DNA of 64,000 nt from Emiliania huxleyi CCMP1516 (lineage: Eukaryota), in the NCBI RefSeq assembly GCF_000372725.1, contig NW_005202368.1, positions 294,293 to 358,292 of the forward strand, read 5' to 3'. Shown here piece after piece: positions 1-11,536 of this stretch (within the stretch, counting starts at the first letter, position 1; the number at the start of each line of letters is the position of its first letter). Below the pieces are notes generated by a model. That model had not been told where the DNA came from. It did no database searches and saw nothing but the letters and a program-made list of their open reading frames with translations. The translations under genes and the position numbers were made by a program.

Positions 1-20
1 TGGCCATCGTATTGCCTGGA

Positions 21-440
21 CCTGCGAACGGAGAGGGGCAGGCGGTGAGGACACTCGAGCGACGCGCCCAAGCCGCAGGCGGCGCAGTGTGGTGGAGGGG
101 AGTGGCGGGGGCGGGGGGGCGGGGGCGGGCGACGCGGGCGGCCGCCGCTGCTCCGCGCCGTCGACCCACACCTGCGGAGCAGAGGCAGGCAGCAGGGTCA
201 AGGTGGTCAGCGCGGGCGTCCGGCGGAGAGCTCCGGCTGACGTCTCGTGCGCTGTCTCGCGAGGCAAAAGAGCGGCGCGCAGCCAGGGCGAGTCCGTGTC
301 TGGAGCAGAGAGGCTCGCCGCGCCGCGGGCGGGCACAAGCTGGAGGACAACCTGGCTTGTGGTGAAGGCGACGAGGGGGACGCGCTGCGGAGGTCGAGGG
401 GAACGATCGTGCCGAGGTGAACGCGAGATTCGCAAAAAGA
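21..440. repeat. Dispersed repeat, copy 1 (copy 2 at 12640-13131)
   Basis: Near-identical to 12640-13131 from 'cctgcgaacggagaggggcaggcggtgagg' to 'cgagattcgcaaaaaga'. This copy lacks an internal segment of about 80 bp. Confidence 0.9.
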
Positions 441-789
441 AAATGAAAATCCACGGTCGCCATTTATTTCTGGCTGCCGAGGATGCCACAACTGGAAAAC
501 ACTGTCAGTCTGCCGAGCAGCTGTCGACCGCCGGCAGTTGACCGGCAAGATGAAGTCCACTGCGCTCGCGATCGGGATGTCCGGAACCGCCTCGCCGAGG
601 CGCACAATAGTCCTCAGCCTGGCGAAGGCCAATTCTGTCATCCTGGAAAGCCCAGAGCGGGACGTCAAGAGGCCATTTCGGCCGAAAAGCAGCACTGTTT
701 TGGGCCTTTATTTTATATTACCCAAAAGCTAGGCCCACAACGCCCTCTATCTACCTTTATTTGTTTAGGGGGTCTCAGGGACCCCGTAA

Positions 790-955
790 ATAAATAAATA
801 AAACGGACACCTCTCCTCGGAGATGGGTAAAAAGGAACAGGTCCCCGCCCTGCGGTCTTTGTGCAGGGTTCTTTGTGGGTGTGGTCGGCGACTAGCCGGG
901 GTCGTCCTCCCGATGGGGGACTAGCACTAGCCGTCTTCCACATGGTCCCTCGGGT
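790..955. repeat. Short dispersed repeat (second copy about 4385-4555)
   Basis: Both copies share 'taaataaataa..aaacgg...ggagatgggtaaa...tttgtgcagggttctttgtggg...ctagccggggtcgtcctccc...ggactagcactagccgtc'. Confidence 0.85.
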
Positions 956-1098
956 CCCTGCTGCTCCTAATCTCGTCGTACATCCTCCTGCTGATCTCAG
1001 CAACATCCTGCTCCCTCCCTCGTCTCGCCCTGCGCGTCTGCTCCGCCTCCCCCTCACATAGTTACAATACCTCAAAGTTGAAAACCTCCAAAATAGGC

Positions 1099-1220
1099 CG
1101 TCAGGACTCTGTCAGGACTCCGTCAGGACTCTGTCAGGACTCCGTCAGGACTCTGTCAGGACTCCGTCAGGACTCTGTCAGGACTCTGTCAGGACTCTGT
1201 CAGGACTCTGTCAGGACTCC
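1099..1220. repeat. 11-bp tandem minisatellite (gtcaggactc[t/c])n, about 11 units
   Basis: Directly visible tandem array. Confidence 0.95.
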
Positions 1221-1752
1221 GCCAGGACAACCACTGTCCCCCCGCTGTGAATAGAGCCCTTAGCTAGAGAGTAGGGAGGGGTGTACAGTCGAGTTACTCC
1301 CGAGGGCAGGGACGGCCCTCCACTGAGGGAAAGGGCGCACGGGGACGGTATCGACCCAGCACGCAGCTCTTTCCTCGCGTACATCCAACGAGTTTGCTGG
1401 TCCACAGGCAGGCCAGGCCGTGGTGCTGCTGTGGGCGCTGCCGTGGGCGCTGCCTCGGTCAGCAGTCGGTCAGCCGTCGTCCGCTGCTCGGCGCTGGCCT
1501 GCAGGCCGCCGGTGGCAAATCGGGGGCGCGCGGGCCATGGACGTCGTGGCCGAGCTTTGCTGCCTTCTTGCACGTTGCCGGCTGTAACGTTGCCTGCACA
1601 ATGGCCGCGCCTCTCTTGCTTGTGCGCTTTTCATGGTCGAGCCGAGTGGCGCGAGAGTCTAAACAAAACAACTCTCTCTCACAGCACACAGGCTCGACAC
1701 AGGTGCGAACTGGCGCGTGCTAGTACTATCACCGGCACACCACCGGAGCCGC

Positions 1753-2088
1753 CTAAGCGACTCCGTTAAGAACGGCAATGCACTTAGCTCCGTGCACAAT
1801 GCCGCTGTCCCCGCACGCTAGCTCGTTCACCGTCTGCCACGCCACAGCGGTGTGGAGAACGACAGACAAGCGCTGCATCTGCAGCCCGTGCCAGTTCTTG
1901 GTGGTCCATGTGACCTCATCGAGGTGCTGAGCGTGCGAAAGTTTGTTACTCAGCTGGTCCGCCGCCTGCCGAAGAATTCTGCGGACGCCGTCCCCGAAGC
2001 CGCCGAACGTCTCGAAGTCGAGCAAACGCAGGTCGCAATTCTTCTCCCGCGCGAACCGGTAGTCGCCCTTCTCGTAGGGGGCCGTCAC
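1753..2088 (-). mobile_element. 3' fragment of an RLE-type (CRE/SLACS-like) non-LTR retrotransposon ORF
   Basis: 'LLDFETFGGFGDGVRRIL...W...QRLSVVLHTA' resembles the C-terminal E-x-x-G-G / QRLS region of restriction-like-endonuclease LINEs. Downstream sequence (1660-1757) recurs near 58080-58195. Confidence 0.6.
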
Positions 2089-2444
2089 AGGTGCCCCCGC
2101 CTCCGCCTCCCCCTCACTCTCCCCCTCCTCCTCTTCCGCCGCCGCCGCCTCCGCCTCTGCATCCTCCGCCTCCCTCCCCCCCTAGGCAACCGATGCGAGT
2201 CGACTGGTGTGTGTCGTCGTGGTTTCGTATCAAGAATACTCACTCACTCACACTGAAGCAGTGCAGCCGTCAAAGAGCAGCGCCGACCGGGCGCTTGCGC
2301 CGCTCTCAAACGTGATTAGTGCGGTCGTGCCGTCGAGCAGGACCTTCTCGACGTGGCCGTGGAAGGCTGCGGCGGGCGCGGGAGGGCACGGTGGCTGCGG
2401 ACTGTGGAGGGCAGCGGCTGCTAGCTTAGAATTACACGAGTGTC

Positions 2445-2639
2445 GTGTCGTGTTCTGCTGCGCCCGAGTCCACCATGGGCGGTCAGACGACATGCATAGT
2501 GTGCTTCACTAACCCGAAGTCGCACTCCGCAGTTCCGTGCGGGCACCAGTGCGCGTGTGGGCCTTGCTCTGCCAAGATGGAACGCTGTCCGTACTGCCGG
2601 GGGACAGTCATCATGTGGATGGAGAACCGCTTGGTGTAG
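2445..2639 (+). CDS. C3HC4 RING finger; isolated terminal exon or gene fragment
   Basis: CIVC-x11-PCGHQCACGPC-x6-CPYCR followed shortly by a stop. No upstream exons identified. Confidence 0.75.
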   Translation: MSCSAAPESTMGGQTTCIVCFTNPKSHSAVPCGHQCACGPCSAKMERCPYCRGTVIMWMENRLV

Positions 2640-2893
2640 TTGGTGGGTGGCAGCAGCGACCCTCTTGCTTGCTGCTGCTGCTGCCACTGAGCGTTCGGTT
2701 CCTCCATTAATTCTTGGGTGCCAAAATTCTTTTGTGCGTCTGTGTGTGCCAGTCCGCGCCAGTCTGCGCCCTTGTCGTGCCAGTGTGCTGTGAGACAGGC
2801 GTTGTAAGAATTCTTTTGTTAAATTCTTTTGTGCTAGAGGACGTTGCCGCGAAACCTCGACGAGGCTTTTGGTACGGAACATCGACGGAGGTC

Positions 2894-3534
2894 ATGACCA
2901 CGCTGTTCGCCCTCGCCGCTGCGCACGGCTCTCTGCTGGAGGCCGCGACACGCACATCGCCGGTGCTGCGGCAGGTGGCTCAGCGACTGCTCTGGCGCAG
3001 AATGGCTCTCGAGAACGGTGCCTGCCTTTGCACCGCTCTTGTCGCTAGCCACCTCTGCCATTGCCGCCGCCTTCCAGCCATGCCGCGGCCGTTTTCTTGC
3101 AGGCGCACGCTTCTTCTGCGAGCTGGACCGCGAGATCGAGGTTGCGCCTTCGGGCGGCGCGAAGGGGAGGGCTGTTTGCAAAGGCCGGCCTTAGCAGCAC
3201 CTCGGCCTTTCTCGGCTGCACCTCGGCTGCACATCGTAGGAGGCTGCGCGGTAACTCCCCCCCCCCCCCTCTCTGCGCTAGGTCGACCTCGCAGAAGGCT
3301 CCGTCATCGGGCGGTACACAGGCGAGGCGTGCCCGAGATGTCACTCGAGACGACGCCCAGCGCTCTCCCGGCAGGCCACTGCACAGGCGAGATACCACCG
3401 AGATGCAGCTGAGCGGCAGCCGAGGTACGGGACTCCGCCGTTCGGCTCAGGCGTCGAGATGGGGGAGGACGAGTTCGACGCGTCGCCCTCCACCGGCCTG
3501 TATGCGATGCGAACCAACGGCGTCGTCATCGACG

Positions 3535-3602
<68 letters not shown>

Positions 3603-4250
3603 CCTCTGGCTGATCTCGGACGATCTCGCGCCCCCAGGCGAAGACCCGGACAGGTCCAACTACTGCCGCTTCATCAACCACTCGGTCCGGCGGGCGAACT
3701 GCCAGGCGAGATCCGCCGAGATTCGCCGAGATTTGTCGATCGAGATTCGTCGAGATTCGCCGAGAGGTTGGCCGACACTGCCAGGCGTCGAGATTCGCTG
3801 TTCTTAGCCGATATTAGCCGGTGGTAGCTGGAATGCGAGGCGCCCCTTCTCTGCACCAGTTCATTAACTAACCAAGAGTGAGGCACCTCGGCCGAGGCAT
3901 GAAGGCTGAGGCACGGCTCTTCATGCGCCACACGTCACGTCTCGCATTTTCCCGTGGGGCTCCTGCCTGTCTGGGTGAAGAGTTGCGAGGGTTGCCCGGC
4001 CCTTGCCCCGCCAATTTGTGTGAGTGTGTGTTTACCTTACCTCACCTCACCGTACCTCCATGCGTCAAGCAGGCGACCGAGGCGTGGGAGGACGACTCGC
4101 CCCTCGCCGCCGTGTACCTCGAGACGCTGAGGGACATCGCGGCCGGCGAGGAGCTGCTCTCTTAATTAGTAATCAAGGACGACCTAACAGTACTAATGAG
4201 TTCGTGATTCATTCAGGCGAGGAGCTGCTCTTCGACTACGGCGAGATGCA
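2894..4250 (+). CDS. SET-domain lysine methyltransferase, multi-exon (boundaries approximate; possible frameshift near 3168)
   Basis: Exon peptides 'GLFAK', 'VDLAEGSVIGRYTGE', 'DPDRSNYCRFINHS..ANC' and 'TLRDIAAGEELLFDYG' match the SET motifs RFINHS and ELxFDY. They are separated by GT/GC-AG introns with (GT)n and ccgagat repeats. Confidence 0.8.
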
Positions 4251-5164
4251 GCCGAGATCGATCCGAGATGCGGCCCACATGACATGACATGTGCATGTGC
4301 ATGTCATGTGCATGCAGCCGAGGGGGGGGGGAAGCGGGAGACGCAGGTCGTAGCCCGCGCCGCGGCCGCCGCAGAACGGCGGCTAAATAAATAATAAAAA
4401 ACGGCCAACTCTACTAGGAGATGGGTAAACGAAGCGGAAAGTCCACACGCGATCTTTGTGCAGGGTTCTTTGTGGGGGGGTGGTCGGCGGCTAGCCGGGG
4501 TCGTCCTCCCGAAGAGGGACTAGCACTAGCCGTCCTCCACGTTGTCCTTTGGGTAGACCGGCGGCTCTCGCACACCGCGTCTTTACCTTAGGCGAGGAGT
4601 ACTGGGACGCGCAGCTGCCGCGCTTCTCGCCCCAGCGGCTCGTCGTCGACTACCTGTAGTTGTGTCGCGGCCAGCTCTGTGAAACAATGCGAATTTCGAC
4701 GCTGACCTCAGACATCAAAAGGGCGGTTGTGAGCAACACTGCTCGGCGACTGCCGGCACACTGTGAGACCATGGCGCACGGGTGGGAGGTAAAACCAGCC
4801 CACTTCTTCTCTTCCACCTGGTGGTGCGATGGGCTCCCTCCCTGTCAGCGCGCTGTCAGCCCTCTGTAGCATCAGGTGCAAAGGAAAGTGAGTGGGCTGA
4901 GGTAAAACCACGTCCCCCCCTTGCCCCACCAGGGCACCCACCGCCTCCTCCTCAATTGGGTCCCTCCCCCTCTTCCTCCCCCGCTCCCCCGCGACGCCCC
5001 CCCCTTCCCCCCCCCCCCGCCGCCCCCCCCGCCGCCTCCCCCCTCCCCGTCCCGCGCCCCGGGCCCGGGCGCCTCCTCTCCGCACCCCGCACACAGCACC
5101 CCCCCATTCGCGGAGAGCACCCCGTCCTCTTCATGCAGCCCCTGGCTGTCCCGGCCATACGGCT

Positions 5165-6025
5165 CTAAGCGTGCCGGAGGTAGAAGGTCGACAGCACCCC
5201 CATGCGGGCCGCCGTCTCCACCGAGTCGGCCCTGGGCCCCCGAGGACCCCTCGGCTTGCCCTTGTCGGAGCGCGGCTTCTTCTTGCTGGTGGCCCCGAGC
5301 TGGGTCGCGTCGGCCAGGATCCCCTTCCTCAGCAGATCGCCGTGACAGGACTCAATCCTACCCGCGCATAGGAGCACAAGATCCGTGCCGTCTCGAACCT
5401 TCTGTGCCAGTTCGCGAAGCGCCGCCGACCGCGTCCTCCAGAGTCGATCGGCCTTGTCGTCCAGGAACGCGTCGGCGGTTTCAAGGACGCGGCCCTCGCT
5501 GGAGCGCATCTCCCTCGCCGGCGTGGCCCGGTCGACTCCGTGCCGCGTCGCGGCAGCGCGCGCCGAGGCAGCATCACCCCGGCCCTCCCCCCACATTGCA
5601 TACGCCGCCCGGAGTGCCTCCGTGGCGCAGGTGCACCCTCCATGGTGCCCCCTGCGATCAAAGCACGTGCGCTCCCTGGCCCTTCCAGTCGTGAAGGGCG
5701 TCGCGAGCTCGGGGTGCCTGCCGGCTCTACTGAGATCCACTCGAAGGTGCCCTGCGGGAGTCCTGCCTCCCTGGCCGACGATTCTAACTCGCCCGAGGGC
5801 GAGGTTCGGGGAGGGGCCGCCCCCTCCAGCCCCGCTGCTTTCCGGACCCCCTGCGCCGCGACTTTGCCCGTCGCCCTCCTTCGTCTCGCCCGCCTCGTCA
5901 GGCGCAGGGCCGCCCTCCGCCTCGCCCTCCTCGTCCAGGTCCATACCCGAGAAGCTGCCTTGCGAGTCGGGCTGCCCAGACAGGATGTCCTGCGAGCTTG
6001 CCTCCTCCACCCCGTCCACGTCCAT
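5165..6025 (-). CDS. Hypothetical protein with a DUF4326-like domain; possibly part of a larger degenerate ORF extending to about 7270
   Basis: 'RVDLSRAGRHPELATPF' and 'LRELAQKVRDGTDLVLLCAGRIESCHGDLL' resemble the DUF4326 motifs R..GNPF and L.C.C.P..CHGDVL. Confidence 0.45.
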   Translation of the reverse strand: MDVDGVEEASSQDILSGQPDSQGSFSGMDLDEEGEAEGGPAPDEAGETKEGDGQSRGAGGPESSGAGGGGPSPNLALGRVRIVGQGGRTPAGHLRVDLSRAGRHPELATPFTTGRARERTCFDRRGHHGGCTCATEALRAAYAMWGEGRGDAASARAAATRHGVDRATPAREMRSSEGRVLETADAFLDDKADRLWRTRSAALRELAQKVRDGTDLVLLCAGRIESCHGDLLRKGILADATQLGATSKKKPRSDKGKPRGPRGPRADSVETAARMGVLSTFYLRHA

Positions 6026-7341
6026 GCTCGAGAAGCTCTACTGCGAGTCAGGCTCTTCGATCAGGAAATCCTGCGAGCTCGCCTCCTCTTCGTGATCCTC
6101 GGCCTCCGGGTCTTGGGGCTCTGAGCTAGCCCCCTGTCCCGACAGCTCGCCCCCCCCGCCTCCACCCCCCCCTCGTCTGCGTCGGGGTCCGGGTCGTCGC
6201 CTCGGTCCGCAGCGTGCCGAGCCCGGCTGGCCGGGCGGTCGTTGCCCTCATCAGCGCCAGAGGGGGGCCGATCCCCCCCCCCCCGCTAGGTCCTCGCTAT
6301 CCGTCGCGCTCAGACCGCCGCTATCCGCGGCCTTCTGCCCTCCTGGGCGCCGCGCGGGCCCCCCGCCCCCCCCTACGCCCGAGCCACCCTGGCCGTCGCT
6401 CTCGTCACCACTTCCGTCCTCCCCATCGGGTGGCTCGGGCGACCGGCCCGCCCTCGCCGGAGTCGACAGTCATCTCGTCGGGCTGGTCATCCTCCTCGCC
6501 CTCCAGCTCGTAGTCGGAGACCTCCCGCCCCCCTGCTCCTCGCGCTCGTCGTCGCCCGCCACTCCCCCGGTCCATGCCGATTGTCCGTTCGCGGTGCGCC
6601 ACTGGCTGACGGTCTCCCATATTGCCATGGCGGCGTCGGCGCAGCCTGCTGTGATTTCGCGGGTCACCGTCGACCTGGCCACCGCCGGATCTATGTTGCC
6701 CCTCGCCTCGGCCACCCGCTCCGCCTCCCTTCTGACGGCCCGCGTGCTGGGTTCCGGGACCATCCCTCCTATCACCGAGAGCGTCGTGAGCCAAGCCGAC
6801 GGGAGCTCTCGCCCCTGCCCCAGCCCGTCGATTGTCCGTCGCGCCGTCCGCACAGCCTCCCCGTAGGCCCCCTCGTCACGTATTTGCGCCATGCGATCTA
6901 GTGCTGCCCGGACTCTTCGTTGTTGCCCAGTCGCCACAGAGGGGTCCCCTCGGGGCCCGAGGCTCCAGACGGACCTCAGCGCTAGCCTCAGATCCGTGCG
7001 ATCGACCGTCGCGCAGGCCGAGCACTCCTCCTTGTCGGCGGCCGCATCGCTACTACAGTAGTCGGCAGGCAGCCCCATCATGTTGGCGCACACCATCATG
7101 ATCGCTCCGGTGACCGTGGCCCTTCTGGCCCCACCAGAGGACCCCCGCCACCTCTCCGGCGCCCTTGCGAGCGCGGCCCACACGCTGCCCGGCGCGCCCT
7201 CGCAGATCGCGTCCCAGTCCATGACGGGGAAGCCGTCCACGCCTGTGTGGCATGGGCTGCCCGAGGTCTCGCCAGCCAGCCTGCGTGTCGACCATGCCGC
7301 TAGTCTGGAGCGGCTCATCCTCAGCGGGTTGCGGTCCCCCG

Positions 7342-7593
7342 GGTTTCGACCTCTGCAAGACGGCGACTGCAGCCGATTACTTCCTCGACAAACCCGAGCA
7401 TTGGGTCTACGACCGTTTCTTTGAGCCACTTGTCCGCAGTATCCTTGATGAATTGTGAAAGCGCGGAGCAGTCGATTTCTGTTCTCACGATTTGCATGCA
7501 CGCGTTGAAGGTCACACCCGCACTCACCTTGAGAGTCTGTATGCCATTGCGAGTGATGCCCAGCTGCTCTATCTCTCGCATTGCAAACACCGA
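7342..7593 (-). pseudogene. Diverged partial duplicate of part of the 9031-11536 gene
   Basis: Aligns by eye to 10609-10882 (FAMREIE.LGITRNG...KVSAGV.FNACMQIV.TEIDCS.LSQFIK.TA..WL...VVDP.LGFV.EV..IGC.RRLAEVET). Confidence 0.85.
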
Positions 7594-7734
7594 CCTTGTG
7601 CGGCGGAGCCGTCCAAATCATTCACGTTTCCCGAGCCGTATCCCGTTGATGTTCCGTCTGCCCAGGTACTATTACTTCCACGGCCGCAGTGTTGGCTCTG
7701 AGTGAGAACGTAGGCCCCCGGCCCTCGCACAAGT

Positions 7735-8583
7735 CTAGTCCATTTCACTGTGGCACAGCTCGCGTTACAAAACCTTGATTTGACCATTTGCGCAAAAAGG
7801 TACATCTCGGTGCCTTCCAGAGGCAGCTGCGACCCCGCCGNNNNNNNNNNNNNNNNNNNNNNNNNNNNNNNNNNNNNNNNNNNNNNNNNNNNNNNNNNNN
7901 NNNNNNNNNNNNNNNNNNNNNNNNNNNNNNNNNNNNNNNNCGTCAAAGCTAGGAGCGACGTGCGACCTGTCAGAGCTCTATCTCCGGTCGCAGCTGCCTC
8001 TGCGCGTCCTGGGTATGTACCTTTGTTGCGCGCCGGAGACGACTCGACGCCGCTGAGATCGGAGATCAAGCTCTGACAGGTCGCACGTCGCTCCTAGCTT
8101 TGACGCCGACGTGACTCACCCGTGCAGAGCGCATCAGGACACGGTCTCGACACGCTCGGTACGACGCCTGCGACCCGTCTCGGGTCAGGTGGCACGACGC
8201 TCATCGCGCCTGCCAGCGCTGCCGTACAGGTTGCCACGACGAGGTCGAGCACGCTTCTATACGCTCGCCGAGCCTTCCTTTCCATCCCATTAGACAGCCC
8301 GGGAACGGTGGCGGTCAGAGGCAAAGCCTACGAGGGGTGGTGGAACCACATGTCACAGCTACTGCCGGCTCGACCCCACGATAGCCTCCGAAGGCTGACT
8401 TTGCGGCACCATCATCGGACGACGTCGGCGAGTTGGGTCGCTCTCGCGGTAGCCAGATGACCTCTCATACTAGTATCATCGGCCATGGCCGCAGGAAGCG
8501 CGGGGGAGGGCGCTGGCAGCAACACGGAGCTCCGTTGGACGCGTTTTCAAGATTAGCGTGTCAGAGTGAATTGGAACTAGCCC
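7735..8583. mobile_element. MITE-like element, copy 1 (degenerate TIRs, gap over the internal hairpin)
   Basis: Highly similar to 38742-39502. Ends are ctagtccatttcact ... agtgaattggaactagccc. Confidence 0.8.
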
Positions 8584-9030
8584 AAAGAGTTCGATTAAAG
8601 CCGTACTCACTCACTCACGAGCTCGATTGCCAAGTCATCTTTAACCGTCGTCTCATATCGCAGATATACACAACACTCAACGCGTCAGTCCGTACGTCAG
8701 TATCTCAACGCGTCAGTCAGTACCAAAACGCTCTCTCAACCACAAGCCCCAACGGCCACGTCCCACGACCACGAGTCCCACCCAGGGAGTGCTCGCGCTG
8801 TCCCTATCTCCCTAACTGATCCTGCGGTGGCCACGCTCGGGCTCGAGAGTCTCACTGCGCGGTCTGCGCGCGTGCCTCGTCGCCAAGCCCCCTCCCCCCT
8901 CCCCCCCTCCCCCCCTCCCCCCTCCAGGTTTATCTCCCAGCCTGCCTGCTCCAGCCTCCACGCGGAGCCTCCAACCCGCGGCGCCGCCGACGAGTCAACT
9001 GCCCAAAGACAACGAAGCGCACCAAGCGGA

Positions 9031-11536
9031 TCAGAGGTTGTAGGTCGGATAGGCCGTTTTACGACCGTTTGGAGCGCTGACACCCGTCTGCTGGTCGAGC
9101 ACCTTGTAAACCCCATCTCCATGCTCGCAGGAGAAGGTCCACGAGATGGGGTCTCGACTTGGCATGTCGTTGGCGGTATAGAGCTTGTACGACGCGACGG
9201 CGCTTGTGATGGACGGTGAGAGCGTGAGAGTGACGACGACATTGGTTGAGGAGGTGGAGCAGCAGTTCTTGGTGTTGGTTCTGCCATCGATGAGCTTGAG
9301 CGAGCCCTCTTGTGCGTTCTTATCTCCACCCACGTTGCTGACGCAGTCCGTCACGGAGAGCTGTGACCCGCTGCTCTCGTACAGCCGGATCTCACTCAAC
9401 TGCCACTGGCTTCGAGCTGTGCCCCCTCGCGACTGGGTGAACTCGAATCGGCACTTGGACGGAGCTATGGGAGGCGATGCATACTCAAACTCCGGCCCCA
9501 AAGGCTGTATTGCTGTATTGTCATTGGAGAACGCAAGCGTCTTCGCGATCGCGCGGCGGACGATGAAGTGACCGAACGGGTGCGCATTGCCGATCTGATC
9601 ATCAGGCGAGCCGAAGTTGCTACTCCAGTCGATCCCGGTGGGGACCCCGAGGCACGCCGCGGGAGACTCGCTCCCGGGGAGCGTGATTCCGATGCCGACC
9701 TTGACGTGCGGGTAGGGCACATAGGCCCACACACCGATCTGGGCGTAAATGCTGTATCCGGACCCCTGCGTTTGGGCAAGCGCGACCTGGTCCGGTTCAT
9801 ATTCGATGTAGGGCGTCAGCTGCGTGTTGAGGTTCTCGCAAAGGCCGGTCAGCCCCGAAGTGGTTGCCGCGCCGCACACTGCCAGGTCTGCGCCGACCTT
9901 GGCCTCCCACCTGACGCCCGCCTCTCCAGAGACGACGACCACAACGGCGATGTAGGCCTCCAGGAGAAAGTTGATGTAAACGTAAGCGCCCACACTCACC
10001 GAGAGGCTCGCAGACACAGCGCCCTGGGCGGCCAGAGTGACGCCATCCCCAGCTTCCGACCTCTCTGCGACGCTGGAGCCGCGGCCATCCATCGTGATTG
10101 TCCAGCTGCGATGGTAGCCGACCCGGCCCTCGACGACCGCCTGGCCCTGAAAGCTGGCGCGCATCTCGAGTGGCAGCCCCATCTCGAATGTCGAGGTGAG
10201 GCCAAAGCCTAGGAGGAGTGGCACGACACTTAATGGCAGCGTTTGGCTAAACCTCACCTTTTCGCCGAGCAAGTGCTCCATCAGGTCCAGTTGGCGATGC
10301 TCTTCCATTGCCAAGGCTGCTTCCGCCTTGATCGCCACAGACGCCTCGAGCGTAAACTTTGTGACGATCTTACCAATCTCCAGGTAGCCGGCTTGCTCCG
10401 TCATCCGGCGGCGGCCGATGTCCTTAAATCGAGCGACAGCAGCATCAGCGAGCTTCTCTCGGATAATCTGCTCGCCGCGCTGGAGCGCGTCCACCATCAG
10501 GGTGCTGTGGAGAGTGGCGTCCTTGTGCGCTTCGTGAAGCCGGCGGTGGCCATCGCCACTGACGTTCCGCAAGGCGGTGACTGCGATCTCGTGCAATACG
10601 GTTCGCGCGGTTTCGACCTCTGCAAGACGGCGACGGCAGCCGATCCCTTCTTTTACCTTAGTTTGTACTTCGTCGACAAACCCAAGGATTGGGTCTACGA
10701 CCTGTGTGTTGAGCCAATTTGCCGCAGTAGTCTTGATGAATTGGGAAAGCCCGGAGCAGTCGATTTCTGTTTTCACGATTTGCATGCACGCGTTGAAGTT
10801 CACACCCGCACTCACCTTGAGAACCTTCTCGCCGTTGCGAGTGATGCCCAGCGGCTCTATCTCTCGCATTGCAAACACCGACCCCGCCGCACAAGATTCG
10901 TCCGCGCCCTCTGGGACCAGGCAGATTTCTCCAATCTTCTGGAGACTTTCCAGCACAAAATTCTGCACCACGTTGCAGCCAAAGTTAACCAAAGGCGCTA
11001 TGAGCTGGTTGCTCAGCTTGTTTACGATCCAATCGAGTGCCTCCTCAATCGAGTCGCGGAGTTCGTCCACAACGCTGCAAACTGCCTTAACGCCAGCATT
11101 ATAGGCAGCATTAACGGCAGTCGTGCCTGCATTATAGGCCGTCGTGGCCGTGTACACGACCGCCCTTCCAAGCCCCCAAAAAAGGCGGCGCCGGGAAAGG
11201 TGGCGGCGGGCGTGGCGGAAGCCACTCGAGTGGTCCGAGTGGTTGTGCACGAGTTCAAACATCTCGCGTCCGGGAAGAATGAGCGTGTTCATGAGTTGAG
11301 TGATGCCGTTCGTGTCGAGGGACTCGCCAAGCGGGGTGACAAGATCGCCAAGCGCAGCCATATTTGCCTGCGTCAACGGCTGGAGTTCAGGGGTGAAGCC
11401 CAGAGGGGGAGAAGGCTTGGGAAGCGAGGGGGAGAGGTGGGGGGAAGCGAAGGGGGTGGGAGGGGTGTGGAATGGACGGGGTTGTGCAAGGCGATCGCCT
11501 GTGCCCGGCAAAGATGCAAGTCAGGCCGACGATGGT
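9031..11536 (-). CDS. Probably secreted protein with a C-terminal F5/8 type C (discoidin/galactose-binding-like) domain; 5' exon uncertain
   Basis: 826-codon ORF. The C-terminus 'WQLSEIRLY...EGSLKLIDGRTNTK...SYKLYTANDMPSRDPISWTF' is typical of F5/8C-like modules. A hydrophobic candidate first exon MTIVGLTCIFAG starts at 11536. Several RRRL-type motifs are present. Confidence 0.7.
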
